A DNA stretch of 64,000 nucleotides from NCBI GenBank assembly GCA_002480485.1, contig DLCF01000158.1, forward strand, positions 9,826 to 73,825, given 5' to 3'. Every line of letters begins with the position of its first letter. Positions within the stretch are counted from its first letter, which is position 1. The stretch comes from Planctomycetaceae bacterium UBA7805 (GTDB lineage: Bacteria > Planctomycetota > Planctomycetia > Pirellulales > UBA7805). Made by a program: the position numbers and the translations under genes. The notes beneath the pieces are model-generated. The model was not told where the DNA came from and did not search any database. It worked only from the letters and a program-made list of their open reading frames with translations. Below, in pieces: positions 18,456 to 27,753 of this stretch.

Positions 18456-21056
18456 ATGTCGCTATCTTGCAACAAAACCGAGCGATCATCCGACCCGGCA
18501 CCCCCGATGGGGGACGTCCATTGGCAGCGGTGTATCGGCATCGCAATTTTTTTATTCTCGCTTTTCAACGCATGGTGGAATGACACGAGCAGGTTTCTCT
18601 GCGCCGCGCCAATTTCAGTCGACTCGCTGGAGGGTCCCACCACTAGTTGGAGCGTTGGAGAGACTGATTCGAAGATCCAACTCCATGAGCACGCCAGGGT
18701 GAGACGTCCCGTCCATAGCGGGCGATGGTCGGAAAAATTTTATCTCACCGCGCACGGTGGCACGTTCGCTTATGTCACAACCCCAATTGAAATGGCGGCA
18801 GTGATCGAGGAACTTTCTTTCTCTCTTTGGGTTCGTTCCGACCGTCCAGGAATGCAGCTTGCGGCGCGGGTAGTTCTACCTCGGACGGTCGATCCGGAAA
18901 CCGGTAAATATTTAACTTTGAAAATTTATGGTGACAGCTATCAGAACGTGGGGCGTTGGCAACAAGTGTTCCTGAATGGCGTCTTACAGAAAGTCCGTCG
19001 ACAAGCGCGGATTGCACAAAGCGGTCACTCGGAAAAAGTAGATTTTCGCGAAGCTTACATCGATCAAATAATGATCAACATCCATGGAGGCAGCGGAAAA
19101 ATACTCGCTTACCTCGATGATCTGACAAGCCATAGTCTGATCTCTCAAAAGAGTGATTCGGAAAATTCGGCAGATAATCCCATCGAAACCACCAGTTTAC
19201 CTCCCGCACTGCCACATACACGTAACGGCACCCGGAACGGCCCTTCCTTGCCTCAAACTATTCAATATCAGGGAGAACCCTTTGCATTTCTAAAAAAATT
19301 GGGCTTCAACAGTATCCTGTTGTCCAAACCACCCACAAAACATCAATGTCGCAACGCGAACGAGCATCAGCTTTGGTTACTCGCGCCAGCCACTAACACG
19401 AGCAGGGTTGCATCCAATTCACCTAAAGCAGCTGGATCCCAGCACTCCGCTGCCGACTTAATTTGGTACGCACCAATCAATAATGATCAGCCGACAAGCA
19501 TTAATTTCAGCGTTTCCAATGGCTTGCATTCCCGAATCGCAACGACTGGTGAGCCTGCTACATTAGGGCAGATTGCTACTCAAGTCTCTGCAAATTCTGC
19601 GTATCCGCTGCCTCTTCAAGAGACATTTGATTCGATTCCGTCCCCTCGCAGCGATTTGTGTTATTGGGAGATTCGCGAACAAGTTTTACGCACGCTTTTG
19701 GCGGGCAAACAGCAATTTATCTTCACTTCACGTCAGCCGCTCAATGATCCCAATCCCTCTGCCCTACGACGAAGCAACGCTTTGAAATTGATTTTAATGG
19801 AAATCGAAATTCTTCGGCCGTTTATTTCCGGAAACGTTACTGCACAAGTCATTGATCGCCGTAATTCGGATATGCAATCCACGCTTTTGAAAAAAAATCA
19901 AAGCGCACTAATCATCTCTAAAGCTCCTGGTCTTCACAGCACATTTCTCTCCCGACCTATTTCCGACTCGTACGATATAACAGTGCCCAATATCTCAGCA
20001 ACAACAAGGGTTTTTTTAATTTGCCCTGTCTATTTACGTCCGGCCCATCGGAAACGTGTCGCGGGCGGGGTCCAGGTGGAAGTGCATAAACCGGATCAGC
20101 ATGGGACCATTCTGCTTACCAATCACTTGCCTCAAATTCGCCGGACTTCAAATAAAATTGCCGAGGTAAAAGACGAAGCGCACGAGGTATTTACTTGGTT
20201 GCTGAAGGAGGAAGAACGACTTCATCGAGCCACATGTGAAAGTTTGCGACGATTACAATCCACCTCGCAAACGGCTCAAGTTTGTTTGGAGCACAGCAAG
20301 GAGAATCCAGCACCAATTGGTAACGCCAATTCTAGGCGGTCCCGCCAACGCGAACCGGAACAAACGCTGAGGGATTTTCAGGCGCTACGGGCGGCACAGT
20401 GGAAACTCTGGCAGCACGTCGTAACTATTCTCGGCCCACCAACACGACATCCGGCCTTGGTGCGTTTTCATTCGCTTCCCGAGGGAATAATTTGGGCCGA
20501 TTTTTCTTCGCAGGCACTGCTAGGGGCCAACCTAATCACCAAAACGCAGGGCGAACATACTGCAGAATCTTCTTCATGGTGGAGCATCGTCGACCCTTCC
20601 GAGATAGGTCCACAAAAGGGATTTGACCTGCATTGGCATAGAAACCAGCGCACAATGAATTTGCACCTGTGGAATACGCAAAAAAATTCAGGGGAAGCTC
20701 GCAACCATTCGCTAAGGATTGAAAGCCCGCGGATCTACCTTCCGCCCGGACAGCCTTATTTAGTTCAAGCCGATGTCATAGTTTCTGCCACGGAAAAAGA
20801 AAATACAAATCGGGTGCTTGTGTTCGACTCCGGTCAGGGGATTTCCATGGGGCAATCTTTCAGACCGGGCAAGGAACGGCAGCAATGTATAATTTATCGA
20901 CGAAGTCCACCTTCCGGACATTTCTCAATTTGCATTGCGATTCAGGAAACGGCCGATGTATGGATTCAAAATATTACGGTACGCCCGTTAATCGAGGAAA
21001 ATGTGGATCCCAACAAAAGCGATCTACACATTCTTGCCAATCCCGGTGCTTCTTGA
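18456..21056 (+). CDS. Large hypothetical secreted or membrane-anchored protein (866 aa)
   Basis: Long uninterrupted ORF with normal amino-acid composition. A hydrophobic anchor (IGIAIFLFSLFNAWW) follows the alternative start at ATG 18507. No catalytic motif recognised. Confidence 0.75.
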   Translation: MSLSCNKTERSSDPAPPMGDVHWQRCIGIAIFLFSLFNAWWNDTSRFLCAAPISVDSLEGPTTSWSVGETDSKIQLHEHARVRRPVHSGRWSEKFYLTAHGGTFAYVTTPIEMAAVIEELSFSLWVRSDRPGMQLAARVVLPRTVDPETGKYLTLKIYGDSYQNVGRWQQVFLNGVLQKVRRQARIAQSGHSEKVDFREAYIDQIMINIHGGSGKILAYLDDLTSHSLISQKSDSENSADNPIETTSLPPALPHTRNGTRNGPSLPQTIQYQGEPFAFLKKLGFNSILLSKPPTKHQCRNANEHQLWLLAPATNTSRVASNSPKAAGSQHSAADLIWYAPINNDQPTSINFSVSNGLHSRIATTGEPATLGQIATQVSANSAYPLPLQETFDSIPSPRSDLCYWEIREQVLRTLLAGKQQFIFTSRQPLNDPNPSALRRSNALKLILMEIEILRPFISGNVTAQVIDRRNSDMQSTLLKKNQSALIISKAPGLHSTFLSRPISDSYDITVPNISATTRVFLICPVYLRPAHRKRVAGGVQVEVHKPDQHGTILLTNHLPQIRRTSNKIAEVKDEAHEVFTWLLKEEERLHRATCESLRRLQSTSQTAQVCLEHSKENPAPIGNANSRRSRQREPEQTLRDFQALRAAQWKLWQHVVTILGPPTRHPALVRFHSLPEGIIWADFSSQALLGANLITKTQGEHTAESSSWWSIVDPSEIGPQKGFDLHWHRNQRTMNLHLWNTQKNSGEARNHSLRIESPRIYLPPGQPYLVQADVIVSATEKENTNRVLVFDSGQGISMGQSFRPGKERQQCIIYRRSPPSGHFSICIAIQETADVWIQNITVRPLIEENVDPNKSDLHILANPGAS

Positions 21057-21127
21057 CTTCAAGGCACTGTGGCCGTGCTTAAAAATACGATTGGAAGACA
21101 ACTTACCGTGGTCTTTCACGACCGGTC

Positions 21128-21604
21128 TCAGTTGTCCGGATTATCTCGATTTTCAATCACGTAGCTATCGATTACACGATCGCGGTCCGCCGATGAGCCG
21201 TTCGCGTCATTCGTCCAGGTATATTGATATTTAACCCCGGAATCGAGGGATTGAGAAATTTTTTGACGAATTTTCAATTTTACCAGAGTCCTCAGAGGTG
21301 CAATCAAAAGTGCGAATCCCAAAAGATCTGTGAGGACTCCAGGGGTCAAAAGTAAAGCTCCGGCGATAAAAATCATCAGCCCGTCCAGAATTCCATCGGT
21401 GGGAATTTCTCCACGCTGTAACTGCGTTGCCATCCTCTGTCGCCATTGGAGGCCCTGTCGGCGGGCAAGAATAGCTCCCAAGATTCCGGTGGCCACGACC
21501 AAGCTGAAGGTAAATTGGGCCGATGTTCGATGGGCAATCGCCAATAGAATGTAGAGTTCGATAAACGGGATCAGGGTAAAAAGTAAAATTAACCGCAAAA
21601 GCAT
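21128..21604 (-). CDS. fxsA: FxsA-family cytoplasmic membrane protein
   Basis: LIPFIELYILLAI and LLLTPGVLTDLLGFALLIAP are FxsA hallmarks. Confidence 0.85.
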   Translation of the reverse strand: MLLRLILLFTLIPFIELYILLAIAHRTSAQFTFSLVVATGILGAILARRQGLQWRQRMATQLQRGEIPTDGILDGLMIFIAGALLLTPGVLTDLLGFALLIAPLRTLVKLKIRQKISQSLDSGVKYQYTWTNDANGSSADRDRVIDSYVIENRDNPDN

Positions 21605-21824
21605 CGATGTTACTTTCTTAAATTTTGATGGCGCATTGCGTGAGAAAATCTTTTTTTATGTTCACAGTCACATGGTAACCGCTTTTAGCAATGTAGCGAC
21701 TGGCCGTAGGCACCAAGAAAATGACGCTACGAAACGTGAATCTCATAGCGATCGCTGACGCAGCTACCAACGTACTCTTGCTGAAATTTTCTCAGGGTGC
21801 CACACGGACAACCAGATGCTACCG

Positions 21825-22310
21825 TCATGTATAGCAGACCGCCCGCTGATCAGAAGCCTGGGATGAACGTTCAGGCAAGCGCTCGCCGGTCCGATAAGAG
21901 ACTAACATCACCGCCCAGTCTAGATCCGAGAGCGGACCGTGGCGACGATAAATCACGCGATTCAATCGTTTGTCAGTGATCACGACACTGGGAAAACCGG
22001 GGGCAGCAAACCTCTGGGCTAGGTCTCGCCCCGAGGGCGATGACGTGTCAATCCGACAGAGGATGTAGGGGCTTAACAAGCTGGAGGCAGAACTTTGCTG
22101 TAACCGCGAAAAATCCTGCGATACTCGGCCGGTTGCCTTCACCTCCTCGAAGAGAATCAACAACGGCTTGTGTTCTTTTTCGGCAAGCCGATACGCAGAT
22201 CCGTAATCGTTCCACCAGACCTTCAAATTGGGCCCATCCCCGTTGCTTTGCCCGACCAAAAAAAACAGGGAGAAAGTGATCGTCACAGCGACCAGATTAC
22301 TGCGCTGCAT
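21825..22310 (-). CDS. Secreted thioredoxin-fold-like protein without a CxxC motif
   Basis: Has a signal peptide (VAVTITFSLFFLVGQSNG). The pattern ...KPLLILFEE...FPSVVI... resembles thioredoxin-like/DUF255 proteins. No redox cysteine pair. Confidence 0.4.
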   Translation of the reverse strand: MQRSNLVAVTITFSLFFLVGQSNGDGPNLKVWWNDYGSAYRLAEKEHKPLLILFEEVKATGRVSQDFSRLQQSSASSLLSPYILCRIDTSSPSGRDLAQRFAAPGFPSVVITDKRLNRVIYRRHGPLSDLDWAVMLVSYRTGERLPERSSQASDQRAVCYT

Positions 22311-22551
22311 TGCAAATTCCTTGAATCACATGTTTTCTCGATCGACCAGCAGTCGAGTCAGCGGGGAACGTCAAACCGGACGTAAACCGAAACCGCCAAC
22401 TATCGCCATTTCCTACCAATTAAAAGGAGCCAGGGCAAGATAGGAAGAATAAACGTTATTCGTAGAATCAGCAGAATATGTGATAAAACAGGCAAACGAG
22501 AAGACATAAATCAACAACTGTTTATATGTTCTCCGGCGGGCGGATCCTCGC

Positions 22552-23679
22552 CTATGCCTCATGCAGCAAACTCGAGAGAAGTTCCACCGCGTCGTTGAGC
22601 TTTGACGATTTGACCAAATCCAAGGCAGCGTCAAGAACTTCCGCTTGCGTTGGAGTGAATGGCACCGCGACACCATGCGCAGGAACTCGACCTACCGAAC
22701 GCAGAACGATCTGCTCACACAATTGTTGCACGCCATTGGAGGCAATCGCGACCGTCGGCACCCCATCCGGACGATCACCCTGATGGTGCTGGATCAAATC
22801 CTGTTTGTTATGCACCACAAGAACATTTTCAAATTGGGACCGCCATTGGTCCTGTTCCTCCGTCCAACCACAAGATGCATCCGCTACGAGCAGCACGAGA
22901 TCAGACCGGGATGCTTGCTGTAGGGCCAGGGTCATACCTTTTGTCTCCAGAGGTCCTCCCCCAGAGCGCAACCCAGCAGTGTCGACTAGTTCGATCGGCC
23001 ATCCTTCCAACGCTGTGCGGGCGGTGAGCAGGTCGCGTGTTGTTCCGGGTTGTGAAAGCACAATCGAGCGTTGATACCCCAATATCGCATTGATCAAACT
23101 GCTCTTTCCTGCATTCGGTGAGCCGATTAAAGCAACACTCCACCCGCTTTTCAAATGCTTTCCGAAATTGCTCTGCAATGTCAACTTTTCAAGAACTTGG
23201 ATAGCCGATGATGAGTTTCGATTAATTAATCGATCGATAATCGTTTGAATTGCATTCTGAAGTGCGCCACGCAGTTGATCAATCAGAATCATCGCAACAC
23301 GATGTGTTTTCGCTTCGGTGAGTGCGCGTTTCGCCGCGGCCTCGATTGGATTTACCGAATTTTGAACTATCCAATCTTTCCAACTCACTAATTCGCAGCC
23401 TTCTGCCAGGAACGACTCCACGAGTAGATCCCGAGATAGAATGCCACCATGGCATTGAATTTCAATAGCATCATCACTGCCGATACTCACCACCACTTCT
23501 TCGCCGTCAGCCTGTTTCCAATGGCCAAAAACAGGTTCACCCGCACGAAGGCGATTCCACCCCTGTGCACCGCCCGGTTGAAAAAGACGCTCCAAAATAT
23601 TTTGGGTGCCGCGACCCTCCGCCCGCAAACACGCGAGCGCCGAGTAACCCGCCGCAGAGAGAGGTATGATCCGATTCAC
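22552..23679 (-). CDS. mnmE: MnmE(TrmE)-like GTPase, short form lacking the C-terminal CxGK motif
   Basis: GTG start. MnmE-type N-domain (...IEIQCHGG...). G domain: GSPNAGKSS, GTTRD, DTAGLR, NKQD. Only 375 aa, ending ...LLSSLLHEA. Confidence 0.7.
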   Translation of the reverse strand: MNRIIPLSAAGYSALACLRAEGRGTQNILERLFQPGGAQGWNRLRAGEPVFGHWKQADGEEVVVSIGSDDAIEIQCHGGILSRDLLVESFLAEGCELVSWKDWIVQNSVNPIEAAAKRALTEAKTHRVAMILIDQLRGALQNAIQTIIDRLINRNSSSAIQVLEKLTLQSNFGKHLKSGWSVALIGSPNAGKSSLINAILGYQRSIVLSQPGTTRDLLTARTALEGWPIELVDTAGLRSGGGPLETKGMTLALQQASRSDLVLLVADASCGWTEEQDQWRSQFENVLVVHNKQDLIQHHQGDRPDGVPTVAIASNGVQQLCEQIVLRSVGRVPAHGVAVPFTPTQAEVLDAALDLVKSSKLNDAVELLSSLLHEA

Positions 23680-23701
23680 GTCGACATTATCCCATGCATT
23701 T

Positions 23702-24523
23702 TCAAATACCGCGCTGAGCTTTGCGATTGGAATCTACAGCGACTTTAATGCCCGAAAGGATTAAATAAGGTTCGCAGCGAACCTCCACGTCCAATGCCTC
23801 TGCCACAATCGACGCATTGCCTCCGGTCACAATGACCATCGGGTCGTTCGACATGCCCGTTCGCATTTCATCAATTAACATCCGCAACGCGCCAACCGTG
23901 CCCCAGTAGATGCCACTTGAAATCGCTTCTTCCGTAGATCGACCAACCGGTGGGGGCGGGAGTTCCCCCGTGAGGGCAACACGAGGCAAACGATCAGTAA
24001 AGTCATGCAACGCACGAGCACTCATCTGAATGCCCGGAAGAATTGCTCCACCATGGAAACTACCCTGTGAGGAAATCACATCAACCGTAATGGCGGACCC
24101 CAGATCAATCACGATACACGGGCAATTGGGCGGGCGCACACAATTTGCCGCCACGGCACCCAGGAGGCGATCAATCCCGATCGCTGCCGGATCGGGTATT
24201 TCTATCCCAAGCGTCAAGTCCTTGAAATCCAGGAAACGATTTGAAGGTTTGTCCGGTTCGCTCTCCAACCAAACTTGTAAGGCACGGGATGCTCGGTCAC
24301 AAACACTCCCGACAATCCAATCGAAATCAGCCGGTTGCATTGGAGCAAGCCACAGGGCCAATTCCATCGGATCCCAATCTTGGGACTGCAGGGCGAGTGT
24401 CCGATTCGGCTGTGGCAACTGATTACCACCTAGCTCAGCATTGTTTTGTGGAAATAGCCCTGCCATGATTTGGCTGTTACCCACATCGATCGCCATTAAA
24501 GGTTTATCGCGAATAGTATTCAT
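23702..24523 (-). CDS. coaX: Type III pantothenate kinase (CoaX)
   Basis: MAIDVGNSQ, VIDLGSAITVD and GGNA motifs. Its ATG overlaps the obg stop as ATGA (24520..24523). Alternative start at 24496. Confidence 0.85.
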   Translation of the reverse strand: MNTIRDKPLMAIDVGNSQIMAGLFPQNNAELGGNQLPQPNRTLALQSQDWDPMELALWLAPMQPADFDWIVGSVCDRASRALQVWLESEPDKPSNRFLDFKDLTLGIEIPDPAAIGIDRLLGAVAANCVRPPNCPCIVIDLGSAITVDVISSQGSFHGGAILPGIQMSARALHDFTDRLPRVALTGELPPPPVGRSTEEAISSGIYWGTVGALRMLIDEMRTGMSNDPMVIVTGGNASIVAEALDVEVRCEPYLILSGIKVAVDSNRKAQRGI

Positions 24524-25521
24524 GACTCTGTTGACACTTGATCAAGTTGCCTAAGAACGGCATGCATTAGCCGATCTAAACCAGCACCGGTCACTGCTGA
24601 AATTCCCAAAACCTCGCGCCCAAGGTGCTCTGCAAGCTCCATCCGGATATGCTCTGCCTCCGGTAATTCTGATTTTGTGACCGCAATAATTTCCGGACGC
24701 GTTGCAAGATCTTCCTGATACTGGGCAAGTTCGCTACGGATGGCTCGATAATTATCCAAGGGCATTGTCTGATCACTTGGGGTCGGCTCCACTAAGTGAA
24801 TAAACACACGTGTTCTCTCGACATGCCTCAAAAATTCTAATCCCAAGCCAATTCCCTGGTGCGCACCCTCGATCAGCCCGGGAATATCGGCCAGGACGAA
24901 AGACCGATCCCGATCGACATCAACCCGTCCCAACTGAGGCCGTTTTGTGGTGAATGGATAGTCGGCAATGGCGGGTTTGGCGCGTGAAAGACGCGCTAGA
25001 AGGGTGCTCTTTCCTGCATTGGGCTTGCCGACAAGCCCGACATCCGCAATGACTTTTAACTCCAGCACCAGCCTTCTTAACTCTGCGTCCCCGCCACGTG
25101 TAAACTGACGGGGAGCGCGATTGGTGGACGATTTAAAGTGTGCATTTCCTTTGCCACCCTTCCCGCCCTTTGCCGCGATCACCGAATCACCAGCCTGTTT
25201 CAAATCTTTCAGGACGTAATCATCTTCGGCATCACGCACCACGGTTCCCGGCGGAACTTCAATGACCGTATCCTCACCGCTACGACCGTGCCGATTATTT
25301 CCCTGGCCTGCCGATCCGGCTCGTGCCCGCCAGTGTTTTCGATGTGCTGCCACGGCTAGATGATCGACACCCTCTGAAGCACGGATCACCACGCTCCCCC
25401 CTCGTCCCCCGTCACCGCCGTCGGGGCCACCACGGGGAATAAATCTTTCCCGACGGAAACTTAGGCATCCATCGCCACCACGTCCGGCTTCCACCTCAAT
25501 TTGAACTCGGTCGACAAACAT
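24520..25521 (-). CDS. obg: GTPase Obg/CgtA
   Basis: MFVDRVQIEVEAGRGGDGCLSFRRERFIPRGGPDGGDGGRGGSV, then GKPNAGKST...DIPGLIEGA. The ORF opens at 25575, but the ATG at 25521 matches the family N-terminus. Confidence 0.9.
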   Translation of the reverse strand: MFVDRVQIEVEAGRGGDGCLSFRRERFIPRGGPDGGDGGRGGSVVIRASEGVDHLAVAAHRKHWRARAGSAGQGNNRHGRSGEDTVIEVPPGTVVRDAEDDYVLKDLKQAGDSVIAAKGGKGGKGNAHFKSSTNRAPRQFTRGGDAELRRLVLELKVIADVGLVGKPNAGKSTLLARLSRAKPAIADYPFTTKRPQLGRVDVDRDRSFVLADIPGLIEGAHQGIGLGLEFLRHVERTRVFIHLVEPTPSDQTMPLDNYRAIRSELAQYQEDLATRPEIIAVTKSELPEAEHIRMELAEHLGREVLGISAVTGAGLDRLMHAVLRQLDQVSTES

Positions 25522-25619
25522 TCTGCCTAGTCCATAAAAAAAGGGATGCCATTGAGACATCCCTATCATTTTCAAATTTCATCGTCCTCGGGTCCCCGAG
25601 GGGCCTGGGAGAATTTCCA

Positions 25620-25865
25620 CTAGCCGTTTAGCACGTTTACGCGACGACCCTTACGATCGAATTTGACGAAACCCTCAACAAGTGCAAACAGGGTGTAATC
25701 TTTACCCTGACCAACACCGGATCCAGCATGAAATTTATTGCCGACTTGCCGGACCAGAATATTGCCCGCACGCACGTGCTGGCCACCAAATCGTTTTACC
25801 CCGCGACGCTGCGCGTTGGAATCACGACCATTGCGGCTCGAGCCTTGACCTTTCTTATGTGCCAT
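25620..25865 (-). CDS. rpmA: 50S ribosomal protein L27
   Basis: [29 protein letters not shown]... is the canonical L27 N-terminus. Confidence 0.95.
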   Translation of the reverse strand: MAHKKGQGSSRNGRDSNAQRRGVKRFGGQHVRAGNILVRQVGNKFHAGSGVGQGKDYTLFALVEGFVKFDRKGRRVNVLNG

Positions 25866-26126
25866 TTCACATCACCTATTTTTTGTTGCAATAATCATGT
25901 GCTGCGTGGGAATCGCCCGCTCGCCTTTGCCGGATAGTGACACGCAGCCAAAGGACGCAGACTACAACGAGTGTCCGCAGCCGGGATCCCCAGTATGGCT
26001 GAACGCCGCGCGGGGCGTCAAGCGGCTAAAGCCGTTCCCCGAGGACGGCCCCCAGCAAAAATACAAAAAGGGGGGATTTCTCCAACACCTGGAATTATCA
26101 TTTCAAAACCAGATGCTTTGCTTGCT

Positions 26127-26561
26127 CTACTCGCCTACCGCGAACCCTTTTCGAAAGGCTTCATTTCCAAATACCAATGCGAGTTTCGCATCCCCAGTGG
26201 CCTGATCAACCTTTTTGCGGCAGTTTTTACAACAAAAGGCAACCGGAATTCCATCCACTTCCAAAGCTGTGCCCTGCTTTACTTTTCCGCCGCTGATAGG
26301 ACACTTCTCCTGAATCGCCTGACCGGTTTTAACAAGCTGTTCATTCGCTTTCACCGAGTACTTGTCAGAATCAGCCGCGAAGGCCTTAAGGCAATTTTTG
26401 CAACAAAAATAGACTTCACCGCCATGATACTCGGTCGCAACTTTCGTCGCTGGTTTTCCTGAGACCGGACAGACGGCAGCCTCATCTGCATCCGCTACGG
26501 TTACGATGGGGATAAAACCTGAGAGCAAAAAGGTGAAGATAAAAACGATTAAATTTTTCAT
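26127..26561 (-). CDS. Secreted protein with two YHS/TRASH-like Cys repeats
   Basis: Has a signal peptide. Two copies of CP-x-SG-x(17-18)-FCCKNC, at aa 31-57 and 87-114. Confidence 0.55.
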   Translation of the reverse strand: MKNLIVFIFTFLLSGFIPIVTVADADEAAVCPVSGKPATKVATEYHGGEVYFCCKNCLKAFAADSDKYSVKANEQLVKTGQAIQEKCPISGGKVKQGTALEVDGIPVAFCCKNCRKKVDQATGDAKLALVFGNEAFRKGFAVGE

Positions 26562-26733
26562 ACTTTATATCCTTGGTGGAGGTGACATCGCCTTGGAATG
26601 GCCGAGGGAAAAAGCGGGTAGGGTAGTAAGTGCCTCCATCTATTTGGCTATAAATGGCTACCGACGGCCCAAGCTTAACGGAATCCACTGCCGGTGAAAA
26701 TGGGGAATTGAGTCTTGCAATCGGGCGTTGTAT

Positions 26734-27129
26734 TTAATCGTCCGAGCTTTCCGCATCAATCTGCTCGAATGATTCCTTCACCGCAAGTAAAGCATTGGTG
26801 GCAGCTGGGAATCCGCAGTAGGCAATCATTTGTGTCACGACTTCCACAATTTCCTCTCTGGATGCACCGCAGTTCAGTGCTGCCTTTACATGCACTCGCA
26901 ATTCCGGAAGCGCGTGCCCTAACACCGTGAGTGCCGTCACGGCGCAAAGTTCGCGCGTTTTATCGTCAAGCACATCTCGGGGATAGAGTTCACCAAAGGG
27001 AAATTCGACATTGATTTTAGCAAATTCCGAAGAGACTTCATTAATTTTCGCAAGATACTGGTCGGCCTCGGGCGTTCCCAGATGCCGGCGCATTTCTGCC
27101 AGCCCCATGCGGTAACGTTCGCTCACCAT
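26734..27129 (-). CDS. Carboxymuconolactone decarboxylase / AhpD-like family protein
   Basis: 131 aa. ...RELCAVTALTVLG...ELRVHVKAALNCGASREEIVEVVTQMIAYCGFPA... is typical of the CMD family. Confidence 0.8.
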   Translation of the reverse strand: MVSERYRMGLAEMRRHLGTPEADQYLAKINEVSSEFAKINVEFPFGELYPRDVLDDKTRELCAVTALTVLGHALPELRVHVKAALNCGASREEIVEVVTQMIAYCGFPAATNALLAVKESFEQIDAESSDD

Positions 27130-27149
27130 CGTTCAGTCTCCTCGGTATG

Positions 27150-27650
27150 TTACGGGACCCTGCCTGAAAACACTCCGCACGCTTTAACAAGGCTCATCGG
27201 CCCAGTGCCCTGAAGCAAGAAAAAAAAGGCGACAGCTGTTAAGACAAAATTTTTCTCCGCCGAGGTGACATGGCCAACGACGCCTAGGGTAATGACGCTT
27301 TCCAGAGACTCCTGGTCACTCGCCGTCGCTCCAGCAGAGAGGTGCGTCCGTTTGAGACGATCTGCCAGGCGGTAGTGCAGCAGAGCCCCTCCCAAATTAA
27401 ATGCAATAAGCCCCAAGGCCGCATATTGACCATAGATACCAAGCAGAAGGGCTAACGACCCGAATATCATCAGAACCAAAGAACCGAAAGCGAATAATGC
27501 GGGCCGCCAGGAAAAAATCAGTGCGGTTGTTTCGACCGTTGTTTCCCAATTTTTAATCAACCCGTACGCCGGGTAAAGAAACATCCACGCATACGCTGCC
27601 CGTAACACCAACCACGCACACACATCTGCAGTCATTCCTTCAACCGACAT
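27150..27650 (-). CDS. DoxX-like integral membrane protein
   Basis: 166 aa with four hydrophobic segments. Size and topology fit DoxX/DoxD-like proteins. Family call is weak. Confidence 0.5.
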   Translation of the reverse strand: MSVEGMTADVCAWLVLRAAYAWMFLYPAYGLIKNWETTVETTALIFSWRPALFAFGSLVLMIFGSLALLLGIYGQYAALGLIAFNLGGALLHYRLADRLKRTHLSAGATASDQESLESVITLGVVGHVTSAEKNFVLTAVAFFFLLQGTGPMSLVKACGVFSGRVP

Positions 27651-27753
27651 ATTTTGTCACTCCTTAAGAGGCATCCTATCGCAACATCGATCCTGTGCAT
27701 TGCGTCCAATGCGGGTACCACTCTTGTAAAATGTTCGCCACCTCAGGCCGACG

